Shown here piece after piece: positions 12,538 to 25,899 of a stretch of DNA of 64,000 nt. The position numbers and the translations under genes were made by a program. The stretch lies in the NCBI RefSeq assembly GCF_009834535.1, contig NC_045698.1:4464001-4528000 (forward strand), read 5' to 3'. This stretch comes from Camelus ferus (taxonomy: Eukaryota). The notes beneath the pieces are model-generated. The model had not been told where the DNA came from and did not search any database. It was given only the letters and a program-made list of their open reading frames with translations. Position 1 is the stretch's first letter; every line of letters starts with the position of its first letter.

Positions 12538-15125
12538 TCTTTTCTCTTTTTTTTCTTTCTTCTTTCTTTCTTTTCTTTCTTTCTTTTTAAATCAGACCTC
12601 AGATGCAGAGAATTGGGCTCTGGGCACAATCCTAGATTCAGTTTACAATGTCATCACTGGTCCATGTATGGCCATCTTTCTGTCTGTCTGTCCGTCTTAC
12701 ATGATGTACACCCTGAACGCCCCGCCAGCCCGACAACCAGTACCTCCATATGTGCACTTCCCCTCTGATCACTCGGCCTCTCTCCTCAGAGGCAACTACT
12801 GCCTTAAATTTGGTACTTTGCTCTTTAAAAATAACTCTTATGACATTCACACGTAGGCCTGAATAATTTGTTCAGCTGGGCATTTTTAAAACTATGTAAA
12901 AAGGCTCTCATGCTACACGAAGTCTTTTGGAACTTGCTTTCTCATGCAACATCATGAGATGCCTACAAGTCATCCTATTTTTAAGGCAGCAGCATTCCTT
13001 TTCACCCTTGTGTGGTAGTCTGAGTGTGAATGGGCTCCGATCGACAGAGGCAGTTGGGATGTTTCCAATGTTTTGCTGTTGGAAACAGCGCTGCTCTGCT
13101 CATTCTGGGTCCGTGACTTGTCCCGTGCGTTCGCGAGCCTCTCTCTGCGCGGGTTCCCAGAGAGAATTGGAATCGCGAGACTGTAGGGTGTGCTAATGCT
13201 CAGATTTACAAAATTGATTTCAACAGTGGTTGTAACAATTTCCACCCTCACCAGCAACGTGTAAAGCATACTATTGCTTCACTTCCTCTTCAATACTTGG
13301 CACTATCAGACTTCATAATCTTGCCAGGCAGACGTGGGTGTACATGGGTATTTCACTGTGTCCAGCATGTTCCTGGCTTCCAGTGGGCTTTGTCATCTCC
13401 TTTTAGTTTATTAGCCCCTGTGTTTCCTCTTCTCTAAAAGGCCTGTCCATGTCTTTTACCGAATTTTTAAAACTCAGTTGTCTTTTTCTTAATATTTTCT
13501 ACAAGTTTGTTTTATACCAGTTACATGTGCTGTTAATACCATCTTTTTTCTAGCTTGCCAAATGCATCCGTGTTTTATAGTGTAGGGTTTTTGGTGTATT
13601 GTTTAAGAAAGCTTTTTCCTACCCCAAGATCAGAAAAATAATCACCTGTATTTTCTCCTAAAACTTTTAAAGTTTTGTTATGACATTTCTATTTTCTGTC
13701 AAAGTAGAGTTGACTTTTGTGTATGGTGTGAGGTAGGGGTCTTGTTCTACTTCCCATAATGACAAAGGAAAAACAGCTTTTTCAGCTCCGTTTACTGAAC
13801 TGTCTCCCCTTCAACCAGTGATGTCCCATCCCACCTCTGTCCTGTGTCGTGTGTGAGTCATGCTTCTGTGGTTCTGTTTCTGGGTTCTCCATCCTGCTCC
13901 ACTGGCTGTTTGTTATCCTCAGCCCAACACCACACCATCTTACTTGCTAGAGCTTCATGATAATGCTTGATATCTGCTGGACGAATCCGCCCTCCCACGT
14001 TATTCTTCTTTAGAATATTCATGGCTATTCTCAGTCCTTCAATCTTCACCATACACATTAGAATTCAAGTGTCAAGTTGCAATTCTGATTGGAGCTGCCT
14101 TAAATCTAGAGATCCATTCAGAGAGAATTTGCATGTTCATGCTATTATGATTTTCTACTCATAAACACAGGATATCCACCCATGTATTTGCTCTAGATTT
14201 TCTGTGTATGGGTTTCAAACACAATTTCTTAGATTTGTTCTAAAGTAACTTACAGTTTTTTTTCTAATACAAATTTTGTTTTGCTGTTCAGTTTTGTAAA
14301 TCAATGTTATGCCCAGCCAACTTGCTAAATATCTATTAATAATAATTTATAGACATTAGTGTTATTTCGATAGACTATAATATCTACAAACAATATGATG
14401 TGTAGACACAAATATTTGCATATCTGCAAATAATGACAAATTTCCCTTTTTCTGTTCTATGTGATTCCTTTTTCTATACAATGTGAAAAAGAAGCATAGA
14501 AATATGGGGCATTCTTGTCTTATTGCTGATTTTAAAGTGGATATTTCCATGTTTCATCACTAGAATGATTCATTATGTATATTTTAAGGTACCCTTTATC
14601 AGGTGAAGAACATTTACTCTTACTCCTAGTTTAATAAGAAAGTTTTTATTTTTCATCATGGTTAATTTTATAAGATGCTTTCTTGACTTCTACTGAGATG
14701 ATTCTCCTCTCAAAACAATGACATTTTCAGATTTTCAAACATTAAATTTTCCTTGTATTGGTAGATAACTCCTAGGTATTGGTTATCTTCATTTTTGTAC
14801 GCTCTGCGATTCAGCTTGCTAATGTTTTGTCAGCAGTCCAGCTTCATAAGTGAGATGGGCCAGCAGTTTGGTTTTCTTGTCTTTGTCCCTAGTTTCAAGG
14901 TCATACCTAGCTTATACAATGAGCAAAGGCCAGTTATTTCAAACGAATTAATTTTCTATCTCCCTTGATTGACATTCTCAAGTTACCCCAGCCAGCTTGG
15001 TAAGCAAGAGAGGAAGGAGCTCAAGAAGTGGTGAGGAGGCATTGTAACACATTATTAAGATTTTTTGGTAGTGCCTGTCTGGTTTTGGTATCAGGGTGAC
15101 GGTGGCTTTATAGAATGTGTTTGGG
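12538..15125 (-). mobile_element. Composite old L1 (L1ME/MC-type) fragments, antisense
   Basis: T-rich tail at 12538-12590, then antisense 3'UTR and ORF2-like text up to ggttttggtatcagggtg. Confidence 0.75.
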
Positions 15126-15930
15126 AATGAGGTATCACCTCACACCAGTCAGAATGGCCATCATTCAAAAGNNNNNNNNNNNNNNNNNNNNNNNNNNNNN
15201 NNNNNNNNNNNNNNNNNNNNNNNNNNNNNNNNNNNNNNNNNNNNNNNNNNNNNNNNNNNNNNNNNNNNNNNNNNNNNNNNNNNNNNNNNNNNNNNNNNNN
15301 NNNNNNNNNNNNNNNNNNNNNNNNNNNNNNNNNNNNNNNNNNNNNNNATCCTTAATTCAAAAANNNNNNNNNNNNNNNNNNNNNNNNNNNNNNNNNNNNN
15401 NNNNNNNNNNNNNNNNNNNNNNNNNNNNNNNNNNNNNNNNNNNNNNNNNNNNNNNNNNNNNNNNNNNNNNNNNNNNNNNNNNNNNNNNNNNNNNNNNNNN
15501 NNNNNNNNNNNNNNNNNNNNNNNNNNNNNNNNNNNNNNNNNNNNNNNNNNNNNNNNNNNNNNNNNNNNNNNNNNNNNNNNNNNNNNNNNNNNNNNNNNNN
15601 NNNNNNNNNNNNNNNNNNNNNNNNNNNNNNNNNNNNNNNNNNNNNNNNNNNNNAAACAGAAACAGACTCACAGACATAGGAACAAACTTATGGTTACCGG
15701 GGGGGAAAGTGGTGGGAAGGGATAAATTGGGAGTTCAAGATTTGCAGATTTGCAAATTTATAGTGTAGAGCACAGGGAACTATATACGATATTTTATAGT
15801 AGCTCATGGTGAAAAAGAACATGAAAACAAATATATGCATATTTATGTATGAATGAAGCATTGTGCTGTACACCAGATATTGACACAACATTGTAAACTG
15901 GCTATAATTCAATTAAAAATAAAAAGACAT
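15125..15930 (+). mobile_element. Younger L1 3' end, interrupted by two N gaps
   Basis: atgaggtatcacctcacaccagtcagaatggccatc; aacagactcacagacatagg...gctgtacaccag...aaactggctataattcaattaaaaataaaaa. Confidence 0.9.
15172..15653. other. Assembly gaps (N 15172-15347 and 15364-15653) with a 16-nt island
   Basis: N runs of 176 and 290 nt inside an L1. Confidence 0.99.
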
Positions 15931-15979
15931 GAACAAGCACCTGTTTTATAAAGACAGCCTTTTTTTGGTGTTTTGCAGC

Positions 15980-16141
15980 CTTGACTGCAAATTAGGATCA
16001 CCTGGAGAGCTATACGAGCCATGCCTATGGCAGGCACACCCGGGCCAATTAGATTAGAAGCTCTGGGGTTGCGCCCAGCCATTGTACTTATTAAAAAGCC
16101 TTCTAGAGCAATTCTAACCTGTAGCCAGGATTAGAAGCACT
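15980..16141 (+). mobile_element. MER5A-like hAT element
   Basis: ggatcacctggagagc...attctaacctgtagccaggattagaagcact. Confidence 0.55.
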
Positions 16142-17747
16142 AACATGTGAGAATCTGGATTTTCCTTTCCAGAAAACAGTCTCAACAATTATCAACCAGT
16201 GGGTGCCGACTGCTGGAGTATTTCTGAGTGGTACGGTGGTGCTGATCTCAGCACCAACAACACAGGCACGCGACGGTTCACGATTGAATAAATTATGGTT
16301 CATTTATTCAGTGAAACCTATGCAGCCACCAAGTTCTTCAAAGACATCAGTGATCTAGAGTTCATGCAGATAAAAACACAGGTGCTGATCATGGCATCTC
16401 ATAAAATACTTAGATATAGAAAAAAGATGGATGGATTAGCAACAGATTACCTCATTAATTGCTTTGTGTTGAGAGTAAGAATAGTTTTAGTTTGCTTTTA
16501 TGGGCTTTCCCCCTAGCTGTTTGAAACGCAGGGGAAGCTCTTAGGCAAAAGGGAAAAAAAAATAAATGCAAAATATAATGAGACAGGTACATATTAGCTT
16601 ATTTTATTTAAGACACTTTTGTTACCAGGAAAATCTACTCATATTAGCGCTAGTTCCTGTATGTCCTGTACACACACCCAAGAACTGAACACAGTCAAGC
16701 TGGCGTAGAACTGGGACCCACAGCTTCCGGCGCAGCCCCTCATCCGGGCTCCTGTCTGTCTCCCTCTCTGAGAAACTGCTCCCGCTTCAGTCTCCCCGGA
16801 TGTCCCGTTTGCCCAAGTCCAAAGCTTGCCATGGAGGGTCTCGGATGTCAGTCGTGACCACACAATCTTTGGATTCAGGGCCATCCCTTTGGACAAGTTG
16901 CTCATCCTCCCCAAAGCTTAGTTTGTCATTTATAGACAGAGACATAACTGGACAACCTCAACTATTTCTAGCAAAGTGCCTGTTGTATCATAAACAGTCA
17001 GCAGATATTTGCTCTAAGACGTCTATGGTCACTGCTTGTCGATGTGTGATTAAACCTCAGTGCTCCCCCACGGACAGGGCAGTGAGGGCGCTCTGCGGGA
17101 GGGGGGGTACAACATCATGGACCCACCTCGGCACCCAGGGGAGCCAGGAGGACGGAGGCTGATGGGCGGAGGGGAGGTGGCAGCTGGAAGGATGGGCTCC
17201 CTGGTAGGTCAGCTGGATGGGTTAGGCTGGAAGGACCGGAACCCGGAGCCCTTCCCGATTCTGGAAACTGAGGCTGGAGGGACAGTGGCCACCCCTCACC
17301 TTTGCCATCACTGAGCTATTACCACGAATGAGCCTGCAGTTCCCAGCTCAGACTGAGCCCTGACTGACAGAGGATGGAGGGCAGACGCTGCGGCAGGCTG
17401 TCCCCAGCACAGGCCCCGGGTCTCAGGAACATTTCATGTCGGTCTGGAGGAAGGGGAGTCGGTGCCGGTGCCGGGGACCATTTGCTGTCTGGTGTGTTTC
17501 AGAATCCAACGTGGGTCGTTTCAGCTCAGTCTTCCTCGCCCTTGCCGATTGTGAAGATAATGAGAGCATTTCAGGGTTTATGATATACAAATGCAGCACA
17601 TCAAATGAAGAGTTCCTTTTAGAATCTGGTTTCCCTTCTGTATTCTTTTTTTTTTTTTTTTTTTTTTTGGCTGCATAACAAGTTACCAAAAACCTTAGCA
17701 ACTTAGGGACTTAAATGGATTCTTGTATACTCATGCTCACAGCAACG

Positions 17748-17910
17748 NNNNNNNNNNNNNNNNNNNNNNNNNNNNNNNNNNNNNNNNNNNNNNNNNNNNN
17801 NNNNNNNNNNNNNNNNNNNNNNNNNNNNNNNNNNNNNNNNNNNNNNNNNNNNNNNNNNNNNNNNNNNNNNNNNNNNNNNNNNNNNNNNNNNNNNNNNNNN
17901 NNNNNNNNNN
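17748..17910. other. Assembly gap (163 N)
   Basis: N run inside an L1 fragment. Confidence 0.99.
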
Positions 17911-17938
17911 AATAAAATAAACCAGACACAAAGAAACA

Positions 17939-18037
17939 GGGAGGTGCGTATAGCCCAATGGTGGGGCGCATGCTTAGCGTGCACGAGGTCCTGGGTTCAG
18001 TCCCCAGTACCTCCATTAAAATAAATAAATAAGTAAA
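17939..18037 (+). mobile_element. tRNA-Ala-derived camelid SINE (Vic-1 type)
   Basis: gggaggtgcgtatagcccaatggtggggcgcatgcttagcgtgcacgaggtcctgggttcagtccccagtacctcc plus an (AAAT)n tail. Confidence 0.85.
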
Positions 18038-19297
18038 ATACAGCTTTTTTAAAAAGCCACATACTGTGGGTTTCCACTATGTGACACACTTAGAACAGAC
18101 AAATTCCTAGAGACAGAAAGTAGAACAGAGGTCACCGGGCTCAGGGAGGGAGGGTGGGGAGTCACGGTTTAATGCGGACAGCTTCAGTTTGAGATGGTGA
18201 AAAATGTCTGGAAATGTGGTGACAGTTGCACAGCAGCACTTAATGCCACTGAATTGTATATTTTAAAATGATTAAAATGGTCAATTTCATATGTGTATAT
18301 TTTGTAACAAATAAACCTAAACAAACCAACAAACAAAACCCCAACATTTCTGACCTCACAGTTTCCATCGAGCTCAACACATGTCAGCTTGATCCTGGAT
18401 TTCCAAGTTGCCATCAAGCTGTCAGCCGACTGTGTCCTCACCTGGAGGCTTAGCTGAGAAAAGACCCACATCCACACATCCCTCAGGTTGTTGACAGAAT
18501 GTACTTCCTGGAGGTCACAGGAGAACTATGTCCCCATTGTCCTTCTAGCTGTCAGTTGGGGATGACCCTCTGCTTCTGGAGGTTACCGTCATGCCCTTGC
18601 CACGTGGCCCCCTTTGCAGGCCCCTCAGAGTTCCAACCTCTCACTCCAGGAAGGTCTCAGTCCCTTGAAGGACTCAACTGATTAGGCCAGGCTCACCGGG
18701 ATTCTCTGCCTGTTGATTAACTTCAGGTCAACTGATCAGTAACCTACTCACAGGCATGCTATCCCATCACAGTCACAGTTTCTGCTGGAAATCTGGGGTG
18801 GGGGTAGGGGGTATAAAGGGCATGCCCACCAGGGGATGGGAATCTTGGGGTCATTAGTGTTCTGCTACCAGCCCTGCCCGTGCATGTGAGAAGCCCCACT
18901 AAGTCGGATTTAAGCCACAATAACCAGGTACTCCTCCACTTGGCCTGTAGAGCCTCCTGAGAAAGCAGGTTTTATCGTGAGATGTAGAAGGAATGAAAAG
19001 ATGGTCTTCACCCTTCCGCAGGGCCAGCCTGCCTTGAAGACCTCTGAAGCATCATTTGCAGGACACAGGCAGCTGGAAAGTCCAGTGTGAGCCACCCCAT
19101 CTCTCTGGGAAAGGGAACCTCTCGTGGTTTTCAATGAGCTGTGCTTGCTGGCTTGATAGTCTGGCCCCAGCTGTTGCCTGAACTTAAAAGTGAAAAACTG
19201 GGTCACGCTAACACTTTTGGGCTTGTGAAATAGTTCTCTCTGCTGACCGTCCTGTCTGAGCTGTTGACACTGTCAGTGCTCGTCGGGTCGGCGGGAC

Positions 19298-19445
19298 AGT
19301 GGTCTCTCCCAAAGGTGCCTGTGAGAACCATGGGGACCCTTAAGAAACCAGTGCCTGGGCCCTACCCACCCAGACCAGCTGTATCCCATCCTCCAGGGTG
19401 TTCGCAGCACCACTCATGTGACCCTAATGGCCAGAACCGCTAGCT
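19298..19445 (+). mobile_element. MER5A-like hAT element
   Basis: cagtggtctctccc...agaaccatggggacccttaagaaaccagtgcctgggccctaccc. Confidence 0.5.
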
Positions 19446-19889
19446 GGGATAATCATGTGGGGGACAAGTCCTAATAAGATAACAATTAGAATTCCAGCTG
19501 CTTTCATTGAAAGCGTGTTCGGCTTATTAGAACAAGAAGAGAAGCCCGGCAGGGAGTGGGGATACAGCTTGGAAAGGACTTGGTTTCGGGTGATGGGGCA
19601 GAGGATGGCTTGTCCTCAGGACATCCAGAGTCAGAGGGGGAGGACTCACAGGGCGTCCCTCAGTGTGGGCGCCAGAGACACCGCCGGTCGTACGCAAGGT
19701 CGGTGCAGCCCTCGTGGAGCTGGCGGTCTCCTGGGAACGCACAGCCGCCACATGACGGTCCCAAAGGCTGCTCAGATCCTGGCTAAGTTCTGTTTTTTTA
19801 ACTGGAGCACAACAGGATTCAACCCTGCAACTTTGCACTTTCTAGGTGAGAAAGTTGTACCACAGTGTGATAAGAGAAAGCATATCTTT

Positions 19890-20135
19890 TTCTCCTAGAA
19901 ATTTATGAATGAAATAATAGACTGTCTTGGGTTTGCTTTAAAATCATCTGGGGCAGGTGTGTGTGTGTGCATGTATGTGTGTCAGGGGGAGGGGCCGGTA
20001 GGCACAACAAGATTAGCCCGAGTGTGACTGGTCCCAGGTGAGTGATGATTGCACAAGAAGGGTGGTTCATTGCACCGTTCTCCCCACTTCTGTCCGTTTG
20101 AAATTTTCAGTAATAAAATGTTAACAAAATTAAAT
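19890..20135 (+). mobile_element. Old L1 3'UTR end
   Basis: ttgggtttgctttaaaatcatc...cttctgtccgtttgaaattttcagtaataaaatg. Confidence 0.55.
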
Positions 20136-20332
20136 TAAATTGATGAATCAAGAGACAAAAGAATAACATATCAATTGAAAGTGTAAAGGTAAGTGAAGAA
20201 GAAACAGCTGAGACCCCAAAGTTACACCATCTCTGCGTAGCCCAATTCTGCATCTTGTATCAAGCTTACCCCAGCACCTCCTTTCCAGCTGACTGTATCA
20301 GTCTCTGTTCGCAAATGCTCATTAAACCAGCT

Positions 20333-20475
20333 GGGGGAGGGTGTAGTACAAGTGGCAGAGCATGAGTTTAGCAAGCATGAGGTCCTGGGTTCAATCCCCA
20401 GTACCTCCTCCAAAAGTAAATGAATAAACCTAATTACCTCCCTCCCCTAAAAAACAAATAAATAAAAATTAAAAT
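20333..20475 (+). mobile_element. tRNA-Ala-derived camelid SINE (Vic-1 type)
   Basis: ggggagggtgtagtacaagtggcagagc...gaggtcctgggttcaatccccagtacctcc...aataaacctaattacctccc plus an A-rich tail. Confidence 0.9.
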
Positions 20476-21349
20476 CCTACTCCCCTGCTGCTGAGTTAAA
20501 TAAGCCATCCATGAACTGGTGACCAGTGGTCGCTACATACTTATCTTAGAATCACAATTCGAAATTTTTGAAATTATGCCTGGACCCTATGATGGCATGC
20601 TTGTATTTACCAAGTTTCTTATATGCAGAAAATTAAGCCATGTTTCAAAAAAAAAAAAAAAACAGAGATACCCTGAGCGGCAGTAACCATGAAAGGTGAC
20701 CTCTGGTCTCAGGTGACCTCATTTGATGGGACCAGCATGCAGCCCACGGGTGTGTATCCGTGTATCCGGTGAGACCCCGTCAAGAGGGGAAAGTGAAGCA
20801 CTTACCTAGAGCAACATGGACCATGGAGACGGCGGGGGCCTGACTCAGGGCACCGGGCTCAGGCTGGACTCCGTGAGGTCTGCCCTCTCGCCGCACAGTG
20901 AGAGAGGTGGACCGGGAGCCCTCTGTCCCAGCGGTGGGGAGAGGCTCCTTCAAACTCCCTGGAAGCAAAGTTGTGCTGTCCCTCAAGACGATTGGTCAAA
21001 ATCAAGAGCCCAGCAGTGTCCTCCCAGAGGCACTGGCCTTTCCTGTTTCTCCATCATCAGCCCTTAGAAAGAAGTGTCTTCTCAAAACATCGCCCAAGTC
21101 CCTTCATCTCGTTCGACTCCTTGGCAACTTCCAAGTTTCTAGATCTGTTTTTCTCTCTCCAATCACTTCCTCTTGCGAACAAATTGTTCATAACATGACA
21201 AGGAAAAAACACCTCTCTTCGCACACCTCCCTCTTCCTAAGTGATTCCCAAGGCAATGGTGTGGGGCTACATCTAGGAAATAAACAGGATGTACCTTGAA
21301 TTACAGGCGCTCCTAGTTTCGGAGGATTCTGTCACCCGGGGCTCCAGCA

Positions 21350-21680
21350 GGAACACAGGGAAGAGAACCAGTAGAACATGGGCGGAGGGAGGAGGATAGG
21401 GACAGAAAGTCTAAGGAATGGCTTGGCCATCATGAGGCTGTCGGGTCTGAAGTCCAGCGGGCAGGCCAGCAGGAAGAGCAGGCTGGAAATGTGGGCAGGA
21501 GCTGAGGCTGTGGTCTTGAGGCCAGAACCTTTTCTTCCTCGAGGAAACCTCAGATTTGTTCTCAAGACCTTCAACTGATTGGACGATGCCCACCCACATG
21601 GTGGAGGGTAATCACCTTGACTTAACCGTGTCTTCAAAACACCTGCACAGCAAGACCTGGATCTGGCGACACAAGGCATC
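21350..21680 (-). mobile_element. MLT2 (ERVL) LTR remnant
   Basis: ccttcaactgattggacgatgcccacccacatggtggagggtaatc is characteristic MLT2 text. Confidence 0.7.
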
Positions 21681-21829
21681 CTCTTCCAATCCCTGTCCCT
21701 TCAGACACCCCATCTCCTCTCTGGAGACAAGCACAGTGACAAGTTCCAAGGGCATCCTTCCAGAGACATCCACAAATATTGCACAAGGAATGCGGATGCT
21801 GGCAGGCTCTGCGGGCCATTCCGCATTTT

Positions 21830-22540
21830 GCTCTCCTTGCACTTACCAGTGTGTATTAGAGACACACAGCAGTAAGTAGAGAGCTGCCGTACCCCTGAGC
21901 AGCTGCATCGTCTTACTCTGTTGTGGCCCCATGACGACCTAGTTCATTGTTTCTCCTGTCAGCAGCTGGTTTCCAGTCCTTTGCTCTGACCATACCCTGG
22001 TGATTAACCCGCACACATACCCATTCACCAAGATGTTTGTTGGGTAAATTCCTGGGAGGGTAATTCCCAAGTCAAAGGGAATGGGAGTTTCAGACTTGAC
22101 AGGGATTGTCCAACCGCCATGCAGAGAGGTTTAACCAACGTGCACGCCCATCAGAAGAGTGCCAGGTGCCTTGCCAGTAGTGTTAGAGAGAAAGACAAGC
22201 TGTGTCTCGTTGCTTAAGTTTGCACCCTCTTACAGGTTTGGGCACATTTTACATGTTTACTGGCCATTAGTATCTATAGGTCTTGCTTATTTCTCTGCTT
22301 ATTGATCTTTTCCTTTTTGGTTGGAGGCACTCTTCTTTAGTAAAGAAATGAGCCCTTTGATGTGGCGTGCTTTTCAGTTCATCTTTTGTCTTGACTATTT
22401 TACAGGCTTTTTTCCATCCAGGAGATTTCGATGAAGCTGGATTTATGAATCTTCTCTTCCATGTTTCTGGGTTTGGGGTCATATTTTCAAAAACCTTCCA
22501 CACCCCAAGATAGTAAAAATCAGCTTTGACTTTGAGTACC
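21830..22540 (-). mobile_element. Old L1ME-type fragment
   Basis: gttcattgtttctcctgtc...ggttgtttccag-like; gggtaaattcctgggagg; ccaccgccatgcagagagg. Confidence 0.55.
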
Positions 22541-22542
22541 CT

Positions 22543-22566
22543 ACACACACACACACACACACACAC
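22543..22566. repeat. (AC)12 microsatellite
   Basis: Perfect AC run followed by degenerate gcac units. Confidence 0.97.
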
Positions 22567-25500
22567 GCACGCGCATGCACACTCACGTGTGCACACTCAG
22601 ACTGTGTTAAATGTAGGTCTAGCGCAGTCACATTGCTAATATCACTGACCTAAGCTGGACAGAGAGCAACGGTCAACAGGTCTGGTCCCCTTGTTTTAGC
22701 AGTGAGGGGACTGAGACCCTTGGGGTGACTGTCACCACCTGCAGTCCCACTGGCAGCTGGCCACGTGGCTATGTGAGCACAGGCCCGAGGGAGCCCACCC
22801 TAGTGCCCCTGGGACTCTGCCCAGCACTCCTCCCACCGGACCTCCAGGCCGGGTCTCCTGGGAACCACGGGAAGAGCTGAGGACTGGCCTCCGCTTACAA
22901 CGTGCACATTCAGGTTCTGGTTGAAATTCATTTGAGTTTTAAGTAATGCAATGCCTTAGACTGTGGGCTTCGGCAGGAATTTTGAGATACAGATAGAATT
23001 CCAGGGAGCAGAGAGGTGGAGCACTTTTCCTGCCAGTCCTTTCTCTGGGGACCACGAAGACGTGTTCTTGACAGTGCTCATCCTGGTGGTGGCTTTCCCC
23101 AGGAGGATGACAGACAGCGCGGCTGCAGGGCCCGGGGGGGGGGGGGCGGGGGCTGTGCTGTGCCCGCCCGCCCACAAGTGGCCCATGGGGAGAGCCTGGG
23201 GAAGATGCCTGGGCGCCTGACCAGAGGGCGGGGATGCAGCGGGGGCGGCCGCTAAAGGGTTGACTCAGGGCCTGGGACGCTGAGGATTGACCGCTGCTGC
23301 TCAGAGGAGCCCACCCAGCGGTCACCTGGGGGCTGGGAGGGGCTGGTTTGCTGGGCTGCTTCTCCTCCTCAGCCGGAAAGTAGAGTCGTTCATTATTGCC
23401 CATCCCCCGGGGACAATTCACTCCTTAATGCCTCTCAGTCAAAGAGCAGAGTGATGCTCTCTGTCTAGTACACAACTGCAAATAGATCTGGTGGCCTTCT
23501 GTTCCACTGTAACTCCTGGGGGCCCGGAGTGGACACAGCACCCCCAACTCCAGTGAAGGGAGGGAGGGCAGAGCCACCCCTCCAGAGAGCTGGGCTCTGT
23601 GAGCAGCTCAGGGAGGCTTAGACTTCAGTGACTCTCCCTGGCTCTGCTCCCGCAGGCACAGTTGAAATAGGATGGGAGGCTGGAAGGCGGGGTTTGTTCA
23701 GAGGCCATCATTAATCTCCTGTTGGTCTGACCTTTAGCACTCAAGGATACCAGGATGCCATGTAGCCTGTGGCTGGTCCCTACTCTGCAGGAGTTGGCCC
23801 CATACAAGAACCTGTGGGAAGCCCGCAGAACTGTGTGCCCTAGAGCAGTGCTGGGCTGGTCCCCACCGGCCCTGCGGACCCGCCTTCTCCGGCACTGGAG
23901 TCTCACGCTGGAAATCACTGAAGAAGCCACGAAACGCACCCACCCGCCCCTCTCCATGTAGTCAGAACTAACCCGCTCCTAGCACACCCCTCTCTCCCCA
24001 GGGGCAGCCCCAGGCAGCCGGGCGCCCGGGTCCCTCCTCCGATCCTGCCCATCCAGCCTCGACTCAGAGCTGCCCTCTGCTGTCCCCTCGGCTAAGAGCC
24101 TGGTGCTGTGCGAGCCTGGGGAAGCCAAGCCACGCGGTACAGCGTCGGGCACGTCACGGCCCGCTCGCCGTGCGGTGTGGGCAGCCCTCTGCTGTCCTTG
24201 GGGGTGGGGGGGACGGTGCACTGTTTTTGCCCAGGGATCCGGGGTTCTGCCGATGCACCAGTTACAACTGCACATGTGTGCTGCCCAGGGGGCAAGGCAG
24301 CGGGCCTTTGCATGCCGGTCAAGGGTGGGAAGGGAAGCCCCAGGCAGCACGCCGAAACCCCCTTTGCCCTCCCTGAATGCGCCCCATCCTGTCCCTTCAT
24401 GACGGCAAAGAGGGAGAAGTGGCCAAGGGCTCAAGGACATCTGAGGCCCACCTGGCCAGTGTGCTCGCAAAACCAGCCCAAGTTTCTGGTCCTGCAGCTC
24501 CAGGGGGGCTTTTAAAACACTTCGGATGGAATGTGGCACCTCTGCCCTCACCACCTCCTGGGGATTGTGGCACTCTGCCTGTGACGGTGCGGTTGGCGGT
24601 CTTCTGCCGTAGTGCCACCGGCCAAGATTCAGATAAGCTTAATTTTCTGCAATTAATGACTTTTTAATGATCTTAGTGTCGTGTTCCAAATGTAAAATTC
24701 ATATTTATAATGCTGAATAGATACACTGTTTAAACTACATCCCCACAAGACACCGCCGCCTTGTGAGGCAGGAGAGAAACCCCAGCTCTTTTCCCGAGCA
24801 AAGCCCTCTGAGAACTTCCTCCCGTTTCCTCGTCCTGAAACGTGCCAGGCAGTGATGCCCACCGGGTGGCACGTTTCCATGCTGGAACGAGGTCGCGAGC
24901 ACTCAGCAGATGTTGGCTTAGCTGACGAACGGGGAACCCGGTGGGAGTGGCCCGCCTGGGTCAGGTCCGACTCCTTGAGTTTAACAATAGGCTGGTGTCC
25001 CAGGGGCAGGGGAGGTGGGGGCTGTCTAGCCCCTTCCCTGAGTCCTGTGACTAGCTGGGCAGAGACCCCACCACCACCACCACCAGATGACGAGAGCGCC
25101 AGTCCCACTTCCTTCCAAACGGCACCCTGAGGCAGGGACAGAGAAGTAAGTGTCCCCTCGAGAGGCAGGCATCACGTCACTCAGGAAGCCCGCTGCTGAG
25201 ATCTGCTCACCAGCGGTCCTTCAACAACGCCCTCTGAGCACCAGGCCCGGGGGAGAGGCAAGCTTCCCTGTGCTCCTAGAGTCTGCCGTCTGGGGTGGGC
25301 GGAGGCCAACGGAAAGCAAAGCCAACTAACTGATAAGGAGCATGTGGAAGAAAAGGCACAAATGCCACCTCGAGGGTTTGTAACAGCACGTGAGCACCTC
25401 CGAGGAGCCCCAGGGCTCCCGCTGGTGAGAGCGCTGGGAGGTCTCAGCCCGAGACTCTGGGCGACGCGGGACAATATCGTTGAGGCTTTTGTTTTGACTC

Positions 25501-25899
25501 CTTGTGCATCTCATGCTAGTGAAGACCCCGACCGACCGTCACTCTGGAGGGTCACAGCCAGGTAGGCAGAGGCTAACCGCCCTCCACAAACACACCTGGC
25601 CACCGTTCAGCGCCCAGAGGACGGGGAGGGCTCTCTCCACCCAACTCCTGGCTTTCTGCAGCTCCTGGGGCCCAAGTCCCAGAGCACCGGGGACCCCTGA
25701 AGTAACTCTGGCCTCACTTGACCCAGGATCACGCCAGCAACAAGATCTCTCCCCGGAGCCAAACCAGAAGCACAGGGGAAGTCCCCCTCCCGGCGGCAGC
25801 GCCAACCTGAACGCCCGTGTTTCCCCACCATCGCCTTCCCTGGACATTAGCACTCCTTCAGCCCTGGCCCTTCGATGAGTGAGTAACTGAGGTTTGTTG

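Larger units (their letters stand above)
17713..18330 (+). mobile_element. L1MB-type 3' fragment with N gap
   Basis: tatactcatgctcacagcaac...; gagacagaaagtagaacagaggtcacc...gaattgtatattttaaaatgattaaaatggtcaatttc. Confidence 0.8.
17668..18870 (-). mobile_element. MLT1-type LTR split by an L1 fragment (17713-18330) that itself carries a SINE
   Basis: ggctgcataacaagttaccaaaaaccttagcaactt at 17668 resumes as aacatttctgacctcacagtttcc near 18344. Confidence 0.6.

Noticed and set aside
15115-15768. ORFs of 200+ aa spanning N runs (also near 17700-18016 and 32778-33094)
   Set aside because: Artefacts of translating N as X across assembly gaps.
15060-15930. Possible twin-primed 5'-inverted L1
   Set aside because: The short antisense piece appears to come from mid-ORF2, far from where the sense piece starts, and I found no TSD. 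Two independent L1s explain it better.
17939-18016. Apparent tRNA-Ala(AGC) gene (likewise 20333 and 63097)
   Set aside because: Stems are degenerate, there is an A-rich tail, one copy has a TSD, and several diverged copies exist. These are SINEs, not functional tRNA genes.
23122-23151. Poly-G run (and similar runs near 35988 and the T23 at 17646)
   Set aside because: Simple homopolymers of uncertain length in this assembly; no independent evidence of function.
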